NCBI GenBank assembly: GCA_027624955.1
Contig: JAQBTG010000002.1
Location: 24,694-88,693, forward strand
DNA: 64,000 nt
Direction: 5' to 3'
From: Pseudomonadota bacterium
Lineage (GTDB): Bacteria; Pseudomonadota; Alphaproteobacteria; UBA828
The notes under the pieces are model-generated. The model did not search any database, had not been told where the DNA came from, and saw only the letters and a list, made by a program, of their open reading frames with translations. Every line of letters begins with the position of its first letter. Position 1 is the first letter of the stretch. A program made the translations under genes and the position numbers. Of this stretch, positions 27,617-36,520 are shown one piece after another.

Positions 27617-28414
27617 CTAGCCGATCATCACGCCATTCTGGATACACAGCACCTCGCCCTCGTCGAGCGGCACCCAGCCCTCGTCTGAAAGCGGCACGCT
27701 GGCAACTAAGACAACATGCTGGTCTTCGCTGTCGAAATGCAATCCCGGAATATCATAGGCAGACTCCGGCGCGCATTGCCGGCACAGCCGATACAATCCG
27801 GGTGGCGCGACATTTCCCGAGGTGGGTTGTGTTCTCTTGTTGCCATGCGCAAAAAATGCATCGCCATCGGCGTAAAGGAAATTGGCCGGACCCAGCGGAC
27901 TGATTTCAGCCGCGAATTGACTAACGATTTGATGGCGGTGGGTCAGCGACGGAACCCCTCTGGTACTGAGCCAAAGCTCAGATAAACGCTCAAGCAGGAT
28001 GCAGAAGGCGTGCTCGGAATCGGTCTCTCCGACGGGTCGATAGCGCTGATATGACAGCGGCTTCGCCGTTTCGATGTCGTGCAGGTTGCCGTTATGCGCG
28101 AAGACATGCTTGCGCCCGCCAAGCTCCCGCATAAACGGGTGGGTGTTGATGAAAGATACGCTGGTCCCCGTCGCCGAGCGGATGTGCGAAAGAATGATTT
28201 TACTGTTGAGCTTTTGCCGGCCGATGAACTCCACCCATTCGCTGCCGGCGGCGGGCCCGGCCTCCTTGATGAGCCTGGCGTCGCGGTCTTCAAAATATGC
28301 GATGCCCCATCCGTCACGATGCGGCCCCGTGTCACCGCCATGCCTGGCGAACGTATCGAGGGAGAGTTTCGCGGTAACCGGAATATTGCTGGAAAGACCG
28401 AACAGTTCGCACAT
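27617..28414 (-). CDS. Class II (Ntn-type) glutamine amidotransferase domain protein, stand-alone (YafJ/EgtC-like amidohydrolase).
   Basis: The N-terminus begins MCELFG (Cys2 nucleophile after Met removal). A 265-aa GATase-II domain has no fused synthetase domain. Confidence 0.8.
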   Translation of the reverse strand: MCELFGLSSNIPVTAKLSLDTFARHGGDTGPHRDGWGIAYFEDRDARLIKEAGPAAGSEWVEFIGRQKLNSKIILSHIRSATGTSVSFINTHPFMRELGGRKHVFAHNGNLHDIETAKPLSYQRYRPVGETDSEHAFCILLERLSELWLSTRGVPSLTHRHQIVSQFAAEISPLGPANFLYADGDAFFAHGNKRTQPTSGNVAPPGLYRLCRQCAPESAYDIPGLHFDSEDQHVVLVASVPLSDEGWVPLDEGEVLCIQNGVMIG

Positions 28415-28508
28415 TTTATGAAGAAACCTTTTCAGCTATCGGCCTGGCAGCCGGCAATTGCAGCAGCGCAAAGGTGTTACCGCGTTTCAGCGGCGCCGGG
28501 TCGGGAAT

Positions 28509-29807
28509 TTAATCGCTCGGTGTTGGCACCTTTGGCGCGTGTTGCAGGACGTCGACATAATGTTCACGGATCGCTCCGAGGTTGACCTGATTCAGAAAGG
28601 CCGAATAAGCGAGGTAGGACACAAGAAACCGTAGGTCCTTCACCCAAGGCGGCAGATAGCGGGGAAATTGGCAAAGCCCTTCCTGGACCAATATGCAGAT
28701 CGCCGGCAGATCTTCGATGTTGAGTTTGCCGCAGAATAGCAAACGGATGCAGTCCAGCCGGTCGAGCTGCACGGCGACCCGCAAGAAATTATGAACGCGC
28801 AGAAGCCCTTCTAGATAGACCACATCCTTGGTAAACGGCGCACCGCCAGTGACCAATCCGCCGCGCACCACCCGGCGCGCATTTTCGAAGGATTGGCGCG
28901 TGCTGTCGGTGCGCTCGAAAAAGAATTTATAGATCTCGAGAAAATCGGCGCCGTCGATCGCCATTTGTATCGCGATGACACGGTCGGCCAAGCGGCGCAT
29001 GCGGCTCGGGTCCATAGCGCCACTGATGATTTCGGCGAACACGGCGAGGCCTTCTTGCGTGCGTGTGGTGCCGGGATGCCCCGCCGCCAGCAGGGGCATT
29101 CGCTTCTGCTCATGGCCATTCAGGGTGGTCCCGATATGGACGAAGGCCTCGTGCTGAATCAGTTGCGCGCAGTCTCGGTCGGAAAACACCGCATCGCTGC
29201 GAAATCGGATATAGCGTCCTCCGGCGATGGCTTTCGCGGATAGATGATCCATGATCTCAAGGCGCGGCGCGGCAGCGCCAAAATGCGCGACGACTTGAGG
29301 GCGGATTTGTTCGACCAGTTCGGTTGCGCTGTATTCTATGGGCGATTCGTCGAGGTGGAGGTCCTGATGCTTGAAGCCGGCCAGCACACCGTCGAGCGCC
29401 TGGGCGAGATCGATGGGACGGGTAACTTTATCCACCATGGCCGCATTCGGCGCGCCGTACAGCTCGGCCGACAATTCGAAAAATTCTTTCGTTCCGACGG
29501 CACCGACCATATTTGCACCGGTATCGACCACATCGGCGACCCTCGATAGCCAGTGATGGACGGGCGAGGAACCATCGATCAAGGCGCGGGCGGCGCGAGT
29601 GCGCTCGTGTGTTTCATCGGGGCGAATCTGGGTATACGTTACCTGTGGCAGGGCGCATGCTCTTTTCGCCATGAACGCTTCGTAAGCGTCTTCAGGCCAT
29701 GCCACGCTGCGCAACATGCGCACCGGGCGTTCAGCTTCGCGCAAGGCAGCGGCTGCTTCGATTATTCGATCGCGCTCTCGTGAGCTAAATTCGGCGGTGG
29801 CGTTCAA
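28509..29807 (-). CDS. DUF1704 / 'flavohemoglobin expression-modulating QEGLA motif' family protein, with an HExxH motif suggesting a gluzincin-like metallohydrolase. TTG start.
   Basis: It contains QHEAFVH (HExxH) followed 27 residues later by TRTQEGLAVFAE (the QEGLA motif, a possible third zinc ligand Glu). Length is 432 aa. An AAGGAG RBS sits 8 nt before the TTG. Confidence 0.65.
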   Translation of the reverse strand: MNATAEFSSRERDRIIEAAAALREAERPVRMLRSVAWPEDAYEAFMAKRACALPQVTYTQIRPDETHERTRAARALIDGSSPVHHWLSRVADVVDTGANMVGAVGTKEFFELSAELYGAPNAAMVDKVTRPIDLAQALDGVLAGFKHQDLHLDESPIEYSATELVEQIRPQVVAHFGAAAPRLEIMDHLSAKAIAGGRYIRFRSDAVFSDRDCAQLIQHEAFVHIGTTLNGHEQKRMPLLAAGHPGTTRTQEGLAVFAEIISGAMDPSRMRRLADRVIAIQMAIDGADFLEIYKFFFERTDSTRQSFENARRVVRGGLVTGGAPFTKDVVYLEGLLRVHNFLRVAVQLDRLDCIRLLFCGKLNIEDLPAICILVQEGLCQFPRYLPPWVKDLRFLVSYLAYSAFLNQVNLGAIREHYVDVLQHAPKVPTPSD

Positions 29808-29958
29808 GAACCTGGCTCCTTATGGTTTATCGTTTGTCGATCCCGGTAGGCTTAGAGGATACATATTGACCGCAGGCGAAGCGGCCGGTCGAGAGAATTG
29901 TGGAGATTCGCGATGAAATTTCTTTCTGGCGCGGCACGCGACAAGGGATAGGAAAAAC

Positions 29959-30342
29959 GTGACTCAGACATCACCAAACGCCGTGAATCTTCTCGGCGAA
30001 TTCGAAAATGTAACGGAATATTGGTCACCGCAAATCGTCGGGCAGGTCAATGACCAGTACGTCAAGATAGCCAAAGCCAAAGGAGTGCTGGCGTGGCACA
30101 AGCATGATGAGGAGGACGAGCTTTTCTACATCTGCAAAGGCAGCCTCAAGATCGAGTACGAAGATTCGGAGGTTATCCTCAACGAAGGCGACTTCCATAT
30201 CGTACCGAAAGGGAAAATGCATAATCCCGTGGCGGAATCGGAATGCTGGATCATGTTGATCGAAACGGTAACGGCAGCGCATACTGGCGATGTCGTGATA
30301 GAGCGGACCAAATCCATCGCGGCGCAGCGCAAGCGGCGCTAA
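29959..30342 (+). CDS. Cupin domain protein (cupin_2 type).
   Basis: A 127-aa ORF. WHKHDEEDELFYICKGSLKIEY....GDFHIVPKGKMHNP matches the two cupin motifs, G(X)5HXH and G(X)5PXG(X)2H. Confidence 0.7.
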   Translation: MTQTSPNAVNLLGEFENVTEYWSPQIVGQVNDQYVKIAKAKGVLAWHKHDEEDELFYICKGSLKIEYEDSEVILNEGDFHIVPKGKMHNPVAESECWIMLIETVTAAHTGDVVIERTKSIAAQRKRR

Positions 30343-30453
30343 ACGACGAACCCCCTGGATGGGCGACCGCCTGATTCGGGGTCAAGAACAGACCCAAAGT
30401 GCCGGAAAGTTCGGCAATATGTCTATTTCAGCCCTTACAAATTGGAGAATTTA

Positions 30454-30888
30454 ATGCCCGAATACATTCCCTCACCCATTGATTGGGTGCGCGAACAGAT
30501 AAAACTTTATGAAAGCAGCGGCGGTACCGAAGGCACCACATTGAAGGATACAGGATTGCCCTGCATCGTCATCACGCATAAGGGCAATAAGACCGGTGGC
30601 GTGCGCAAAATCGCATTGATGACGGTTAAGGTTGGCGATGGCTATGTGCTGATTGGCTCGAACGGCGGCGCGCCTACGCATCCGGTGTGGATTTATAATT
30701 TTAGGGCCAATCCGGACGTGGAAATACGGGATAAGACCAAGGTCCAAAAGATGCGGCTTCGCGAGGTTCACGATGATCCGGAACGCGAGAAGTTATGGCA
30801 GGCCGGTGTGAAGGCATTCCCCCCCTACGAAGAATACAAAGCAAAAACGTCGCGTAAAATCGCGGTCTTTATTGCCGAACCAATTTGA
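30454..30888 (+). CDS. Nitroreductase-family deazaflavin-dependent oxidoreductase (DUF385/Ddn-like PNPOx split-barrel).
   Basis: MPEYIPSPIDWVREQIKLYESSGGTEGTT...PCIVITHKG.KTGG.RK.ALM...GYVLIGSNGGAP.HP.W..N is the characteristic pattern of this family. The local GC is lower, about 52%. Confidence 0.65.
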   Translation: MPEYIPSPIDWVREQIKLYESSGGTEGTTLKDTGLPCIVITHKGNKTGGVRKIALMTVKVGDGYVLIGSNGGAPTHPVWIYNFRANPDVEIRDKTKVQKMRLREVHDDPEREKLWQAGVKAFPPYEEYKAKTSRKIAVFIAEPI

Positions 30889-30980
30889 GCTGACCGACTG
30901 CGGCAGCCGCACGCCCAAGATTGTGAGGCGTGCGGCTGTGACCGCATGGGTAAAGAGAATTCGGCGAAGGGAATTTGGTG

Positions 30981-31787
30981 ATGGGTAGGCTCGAAGATCG
31001 GGTGATCATCGTAACCGGTGCGGGTGCCAGCGGTGAAGGCATCGGCAACGGCAAGGCATGTGCAATTCACTATGCCCGCGAGGGTGCACGGGTCGTCGCG
31101 GTCGACATCAATAAAAGCGCCGTGGAGGAGACGGCGAATATCATCACCGAGGAAGGCAATTCAGTTCTAACCATATTGTGCGATGTCACCGATAATAGCT
31201 CGGTATCGGCGATGGTTGCGGCCTGCCTAAAAATCTATGGCCGGATTGATGTTCTGCACAATAATGTTGGCATTCTGGATGTTAACGGGCCGGTATCACT
31301 GCCCGAAGCGATGTGGGACAAAATTATCGATACCAACGTCAAGAGCATGTTTCTCACGTGCAAACATGTCTTGCCGGTGATGGAAAAACAGGGCAAGGGC
31401 GCGATTGTGAACATCTCCTCGGTCGCGGGAATCCGTTATTGGGGAACGCCGGCAATCGCCTACGACACGTCGAAAGCAGCGATCCTGCAATTTACCCGCA
31501 CCGTGGCGCTTGAATATGCCGCCAAGGGAATCCGCGCGAACTCAATTTTGCCCGGCGTTATCGATACGCCGTTGATCAACGCGTCGCTTGAGGAGATCAA
31601 TGACCCGGCTGAAGTTGAACGTATCCGCCAAGAGCGCCATGCCATGATTCCGATCGGGCGCATGGGCGATCCGTTTGAGATTGCCAAGGCAGCGGCTTTT
31701 CTGGCCTCCGACGATGCAAGCTATATCACCGGGACGGAATTGATCGTAGATGGCGGGCTGACGAGCACCTGCATCCCTACTTGGTAG
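30981..31787 (+). CDS. SDR family oxidoreductase.
   Basis: It has VIIVTGAGASGEGIG, NNVG, and S...YDTSK (the catalytic triad region). Confidence 0.85.
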   Translation: MGRLEDRVIIVTGAGASGEGIGNGKACAIHYAREGARVVAVDINKSAVEETANIITEEGNSVLTILCDVTDNSSVSAMVAACLKIYGRIDVLHNNVGILDVNGPVSLPEAMWDKIIDTNVKSMFLTCKHVLPVMEKQGKGAIVNISSVAGIRYWGTPAIAYDTSKAAILQFTRTVALEYAAKGIRANSILPGVIDTPLINASLEEINDPAEVERIRQERHAMIPIGRMGDPFEIAKAAAFLASDDASYITGTELIVDGGLTSTCIPTW

Positions 31788-31902
31788 GGGCGGCGACGCG
31801 GGGCGACGCGGCGCGGCCGTTCAAGCTATTTGATTTGGCGTTGATCTGCGCCGGCGCTGGTGCAGGAATGCGGCGCCATTCTGCCGCCCGCCGGGGCTAG
31901 CA

Positions 31903-33525
31903 ATGAAACTGGTCCACGGGCTCGCCTTCGATAATATACGCGGCGATATCTATGGTGGTCTCACAGCCGCCGTGGTCGCCCTGCCGCTGGCGTTGGCGTT
32001 TGGCGTTGCCTCCGGCGCCGGGCCAATGGCCGGGCTGTACGGCGCCATCATTGTCGGCTTTTTTGCCGCCCTTCTCGGCGGCACGCCAAGTCAAATTTCC
32101 GGCCCAACCGGGCCCATGACCGTGGTCATGGCGGTGATCTTCCTGCGCTATGCCGATCAGCCGGGCACCGCTTTTACGGTCGTGCTCATGGGCGGGCTAT
32201 TGCAAATTCTTTTCGGTGCGCTTCGTGTCGGTCGCTATATCAACCTGGTACCGTTTCCGGTGGTATCCGGCTTCATGAGCGGCATCGGCTGTATCATTAT
32301 CATCCTGCAATTGGCGCCGTTGATAGGGCAAAGCCATCCCGGCGCAAATGTTGTGCAAAGCCTGGGTGCCCTGCCCAGCGATATCGCCGCACTCAATTGG
32401 CAGGCCGCGTTGATCGCCTGCGTGACGCTGGGCATCGTCTATTTCACGCCACGGCCTATCCAGCGCCTCGTGCCGACTCCGCTGATTGCCCTGGTGATCG
32501 GCACCATCGTGGTGTGGCTGTTTCTTGCCGGTGTGCCGACCCTGGGTGAGATTCCAACCGGCCTGCCTGAACTGCAATTGCCGTCGCTCGATTGGCTGAC
32601 GCTCAGCGACATGGTGGGCTCGGCCCTGATGCTGGCGCTGTTGGGATCGATCGACAGCCTGTTGACTTCTTTGGTTGCCGATAGCGTTACACGGAGCCAG
32701 CACAATTCAGACCGCGAACTTATCGGCCAAGGCATCGGCAATTTTCTCGCCGGCCTGTTTGGCGCCATTCCCGGTGCCGGCGCCACGATGCGCACGGTCG
32801 TCAATGTGCGCGCCGGCGGGCGCACACCGATTTCGGGCATGGTGCATTCGCTGGTGTTGCTCGCCGTGGTGTTGGGCGCCGGGCCAATTGCCTCGCATAT
32901 GCCGCACGCTGTGCTGGCCGGCATTCTGGTCAAGGTTGGCATCGATATTATCGATTGGGGTTATCTCCGGCGCATCGCGCGAGCGCCGCGCGCCGGCATC
33001 GCCATCATGGGCGTGGTGCTGGGATTAACTGTGTTCGTCGATCTGATCATTGCGGTCGCGGTCGGCATCGTCTCGGCCAGCCTGTTGTTCGTCAAGCGCA
33101 TGTCCGATTTGCAGTTGGAGAATGTGCACGAGGTTTCAGAAGACCGGCCGCTCACGCCTGAAGAGGCGGATATATTAGAGCGCCACGCAGACGACATCAT
33201 AATCTACTACATTTCCGGGCCGATGAGTTTTGGCGCCGCCAAAGGCCTGACGCGGCGCGTCGCCGTCACCGGCGAATTCAAAGTGTTGGTGCTTGATCTC
33301 TCAGACGTGACGTTTATCGATACCAGCGCGTCGCTCGCCATCGAAGATGCCATGGCTAATGCTACGGAGTTGGGCCTGGACGCGCTCCTCGTCGGCCTAC
33401 GCCCGCGCGTACGCAATACGCTGGAACGGCTCGGCGTCATCCACAACATTCCCGCGCATCATTGTTTAGAGACCCGCGCCGAGGCGCTGACCTACGCCGC
33501 GGAATTGCTCGCCAAGCGCGGCTAA
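31903..33525 (+). CDS. SulP family inorganic anion transporter (sulfate-permease fold with a C-terminal STAS domain).
   Basis: A 540-aa ORF with multiple TM helices. Its N-terminus is SulP-like (GDIYGGLTAAVVALPLALAFGVASG), and the C-terminal ~120 aa are STAS-like. Confidence 0.85.
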   Translation: MKLVHGLAFDNIRGDIYGGLTAAVVALPLALAFGVASGAGPMAGLYGAIIVGFFAALLGGTPSQISGPTGPMTVVMAVIFLRYADQPGTAFTVVLMGGLLQILFGALRVGRYINLVPFPVVSGFMSGIGCIIIILQLAPLIGQSHPGANVVQSLGALPSDIAALNWQAALIACVTLGIVYFTPRPIQRLVPTPLIALVIGTIVVWLFLAGVPTLGEIPTGLPELQLPSLDWLTLSDMVGSALMLALLGSIDSLLTSLVADSVTRSQHNSDRELIGQGIGNFLAGLFGAIPGAGATMRTVVNVRAGGRTPISGMVHSLVLLAVVLGAGPIASHMPHAVLAGILVKVGIDIIDWGYLRRIARAPRAGIAIMGVVLGLTVFVDLIIAVAVGIVSASLLFVKRMSDLQLENVHEVSEDRPLTPEEADILERHADDIIIYYISGPMSFGAAKGLTRRVAVTGEFKVLVLDLSDVTFIDTSASLAIEDAMANATELGLDALLVGLRPRVRNTLERLGVIHNIPAHHCLETRAEALTYAAELLAKRG

Positions 33526-33550
33526 GTCGGACGACTAATGGGCGGCTCGC

Positions 33551-34303
33551 TCAGCCGACCTTGCACATCATGCCGCCATCGATCGGCAGCACATGGCCGG
33601 TAATGTAACTGGCGCGATCGGAGCATAGCCAGACCACGGCCTCGGCCACTTCGTTTGCTTCGCCGACGCGGCCCATCGGCACGCCGAGCGCGGCTTTGTC
33701 GACATCGCCGCTCCAATCGCGCAGCATCATCGGCGTGCGGATCGGCCCCGGCGCGATGGCGTTGACGCGGATGTTCTTTTTCGCGAGTTCGAGCGCGGCG
33801 GTTTTTGTCAGGCCAGAAATGGCGTGCTTGGCCGCGATATAGGTCGAGCGCTCGGGGCCGGCATTCAGGCCCCAGACCGACGTGGCATTGACGATTGAAC
33901 CGCCGCCGCCGGCGATCATTGCTGGGATCTCATGCTTCATGCAGGCGAGGATGCTGAACAAATTGACGTCATAGGCGGCTTTCACCTCCGCCAAATCGAC
34001 GTCCTGAACGGGGCAGGCCGGGCTTTCGATGCCGGCATTGTTATAGGCGATGTCGAGGCGGCCATATTCATCGAGCGCACGCGCCACCATGCGCGCGATC
34101 GCGGCCTCATCAATCACATCGACCGTCTCAAAAACCGCGCGTCCGCCCAATTCGTGGATTTCCGCCACCATCGGATCGCCCTCCGAAGGCTCTCTGCCGG
34201 TGACCACCACCGCTGCGCCTTCGCGCGCCATGGCAAACGCCGCAGCCCGGCCGAGCCCTGCGGTGGCGCCCGTCACCACGCCAACTTTTCCCTGCAACAT
34301 CAT
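33551..34303 (-). CDS. SDR family oxidoreductase, paralogous to the 5369-6118 product. The start is probably at the MMLQGK Met; the track ORF extends to 34339.
   Basis: It has VVTGATAGLGRA, NNAG, and YIAAKH. The C-terminal 100 aa are near-colinear with the 5369 protein (VNAIAPGPI.TP..LR.W......A..VPM.R.G...EVA.AVVWL.SD..S.ITGH.LPIDGGM). Confidence 0.85.
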   Translation of the reverse strand: MMLQGKVGVVTGATAGLGRAAAFAMAREGAAVVVTGREPSEGDPMVAEIHELGGRAVFETVDVIDEAAIARMVARALDEYGRLDIAYNNAGIESPACPVQDVDLAEVKAAYDVNLFSILACMKHEIPAMIAGGGGSIVNATSVWGLNAGPERSTYIAAKHAISGLTKTAALELAKKNIRVNAIAPGPIRTPMMLRDWSGDVDKAALGVPMGRVGEANEVAEAVVWLCSDRASYITGHVLPIDGGMMCKVG

Positions 34304-34496
34304 ATCTTGCTTACCCTCTACCCGGTTGATGGCGCGCATCGAGCAGGCGCCGCCGACGATGATGCGAAATCATTTCGGTTATATCAATGACCTGGCGCTG
34401 GCTGGTTGCGGCGGTAGATAGCGCTGCCAACGGCTGGGCGGTGCGCTTTGCCGCCCAGCCGTTGGCATACTTGGGTTTAGAGGTTCAAGCCCGGTG

Positions 34497-35381
34497 CTAG
34501 CTCACATTGTCGCCGCGGCGGAAGGCTCGGATCACGTTGTCGCGCAGCACATGGCGAGCCATGTCTTCACCGAGCCGCTCGGCTAATTTCGCCTCGAAAT
34601 AGCGGTGCACATAGGTGTTGTCGCGGTCGTACTGCCACACCGGCGGATTGACATAAACCGAGGCATCGGCCGAGACGATCACCTGGTCGGGATGGCCCTT
34701 GGTGATGTTCTCGATGCGCTCGAGCATTGAGGCATCGTCGGTCGGGCCGTTGAAAAACGGGTCGGTGTCGGCGCTGATCGCATCGAACTGCACGGTTGCG
34801 CCGCGACCGACCATCTTGAGATGGTCTTCATTGCTCGACGGCTGCGAATGGCCCCACACAAATCGATCCAGTTTGAAGCCCTCCGCTTCCAACGACGCGA
34901 CAACTTCGTTGGCCACATTCGCATGCGGGCAATGCATCGAAATGGTGCAGCCGGTTTTCTTCGCCGCTATGGCAGCGGCCCGATGAAATGGAACCTCGGT
35001 TTCGACGACGGCATCCGAGGACACCGAGATCTTGATAAATCCGGCGCGAATATTGGTGCCGTCAATTCCCATCGTCAGCTCGCGCATGAAGTGCTCGGCG
35101 AGACGCGGGACCGAGAGATCAGCCATCGCCGGCGGCACCAGGCTTTTGTAGATGCCGGTCGGACAGACAATATTCATCCCGGTTTGGCGCGACACATGGC
35201 GCAGCAACAGGACGTTGCGCCCGACACCGAGGTTGGTCCACTCAATCATCAAATTGACGCCCTGGCCGCGCAGTTCCATGGCGCTGGTGACGCTGGCGCC
35301 GAGCGCTGCCGACCAATTAACGTCCATATATTCGGCAGCGTTTGGCCCGTGAAAATCGACGAACAGATGTTCATGCGCCAT
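34497..35381 (-). CDS. Phosphotriesterase-like (PTE/PLL, amidohydrolase superfamily) protein body, beginning MAHEHL... with the metal-ligand residues intact.
   Basis: It has HEHL (first two His ligands), IRAGFIKIS (the carboxylated Lys), and the remaining ligands in MHCPH, WGHSQ and VSADAS, by recalled alignment to Brevundimonas OPH. The upstream in-frame codons are separated from the start by a single TAG. Confidence 0.75.
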   Translation of the reverse strand: MAHEHLFVDFHGPNAAEYMDVNWSAALGASVTSAMELRGQGVNLMIEWTNLGVGRNVLLLRHVSRQTGMNIVCPTGIYKSLVPPAMADLSVPRLAEHFMRELTMGIDGTNIRAGFIKISVSSDAVVETEVPFHRAAAIAAKKTGCTISMHCPHANVANEVVASLEAEGFKLDRFVWGHSQPSSNEDHLKMVGRGATVQFDAISADTDPFFNGPTDDASMLERIENITKGHPDQVIVSADASVYVNPPVWQYDRDNTYVHRYFEAKLAERLGEDMARHVLRDNVIRAFRRGDNVS

Positions 35382-35387
35382 GGCTTT

Positions 35388-35567
35388 CTAGATGTCTGCG
35401 GCGCTGACCGGCCCGGTAACGGTCTGTAGGACGGCGTTCTCGATTGTGTCCGCCAACGCGAATTTCGAACTGCCGAGAGTTGTCAGGGCCATCGCGCCGA
35501 GCGCCGCGCCCGAGCCCAGTAGAAACGATCGCCGGCTTGCTAGGATATCCAGAGGATTGTTTGACAT
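35388..35567 (-). other. 5' ORF encoding a twin-arginine (Tat) signal peptide plus the first PTE-homologous residues. It is in frame with the PTE body but ends at a TAG (35388-35390).
   Basis: MSNNPLDILASRRSFLLGSGAALGAMALTTLGSSKFALA contains the SRRxFL Tat motif. A GGGAG RBS precedes the ATG at 35567. ...LQTVTGPVSAADI* aligns to the OPH region TVRGPITISEAGF. Confidence 0.65.
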
Positions 35568-35718
35568 GATTGCTCCCGTAGTTGATTTTGTGAACCACTT
35601 GTGATCCAATGGAAAATTGATCTAATAATGGTACACTAATGGATCCAATGATCAAGGTGCAACTTGGCGTCCTAGAGCGCGCGGCGGAATCGATCAAGCG
35701 TGCGACAAGGCGCGCGAT

Positions 35719-36405
35719 ATGAACAAGCGCGAGCGATCACACGAGCTGTCCGGCGCGGTTCGTGCCTCGATAACCGATCGCATCGCATCGGGTGAATTGG
35801 CGCCGGGCGACCGGGTGCCGACGGAGCGCGCGCTCTCGGAAAAATATGAGATTGCCAGGAATACCGTGCGCACGGTGTTGCGCCAGCTTGAGCGCGACGG
35901 GCTGATCGTGCGCCATGTCGGCAGCGGTACGTTTGTTGCCGATAGGGAAGGCCAGGTGCGGTTGACGCCGGCCACGGGCATTGGTGACGCGTCGCCGTCC
36001 GATATCATGGAGGTTCGCTTGCTCGTCGAGCCGGGCATGGGCGAGCTTGCTGTCTTGCGCGCTACTCAATCGGATCTCGACACCCTACAAAAATGCCTGG
36101 AGCGCGGAGAGGCGGCGCGTTCGTGGCGTGAATTCGAGCGCTGGGACGCTGAATTTCATGAGGCATTGGCGCTGACGACGAAAAACCGCGCGGTGATCGA
36201 TATTCTAAGTTCGATCAACCGGCTTCGATCCCTTTCGGCGTGGGGAGAGTTGAAGAAGAAGAGCCTCACTCCGGCGCGCCGGACAATTTACGAACGCCAG
36301 CACCGCGCGATTTTGACGGCGCTCTCCAAACGAGATTCTGCCGGTGCGCAGAAGACCATTCGCCAGCATCTGCTGTCCGTTCGACATAATCTCATCGGAT
36401 ATTAA
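35719..36405 (+). CDS. GntR-family transcriptional regulator (FadR/FCD subfamily).
   Basis: An N-terminal winged-HTH (LPTERALSEKYEIARNTVRTVLRQLERDGLI) is followed by a C-terminal FCD-like helical domain. It is divergent from the PTE-like gene. Confidence 0.85.
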   Translation: MNKRERSHELSGAVRASITDRIASGELAPGDRVPTERALSEKYEIARNTVRTVLRQLERDGLIVRHVGSGTFVADREGQVRLTPATGIGDASPSDIMEVRLLVEPGMGELAVLRATQSDLDTLQKCLERGEAARSWREFERWDAEFHEALALTTKNRAVIDILSSINRLRSLSAWGELKKKSLTPARRTIYERQHRAILTALSKRDSAGAQKTIRQHLLSVRHNLIGY

Positions 36406-36520
36406 GCGCTGCCGGCGATCGATCGACCGGCAATCGGGCCTCGCCTCATGTTTTGGCGGACTTCGCCAAGTTGATCTATCGGGGCGTTTACATCTTTTGA
36501 AAATGCGGCGGCGCTAATAC

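Noticed and set aside
35385-35390. Idea that the in-frame TAG in the Tat-PTE gene is decoded (pyrrolysine or programmed read-through).
   Set aside because: No pylTSBCD-like genes or suppressor-tRNA features are visible in the window, and bacteria outside a few lineages do not use Pyl. A nonsense mutation, a sequencing error, or re-initiation at the ATG six nucleotides downstream are far more plausible.
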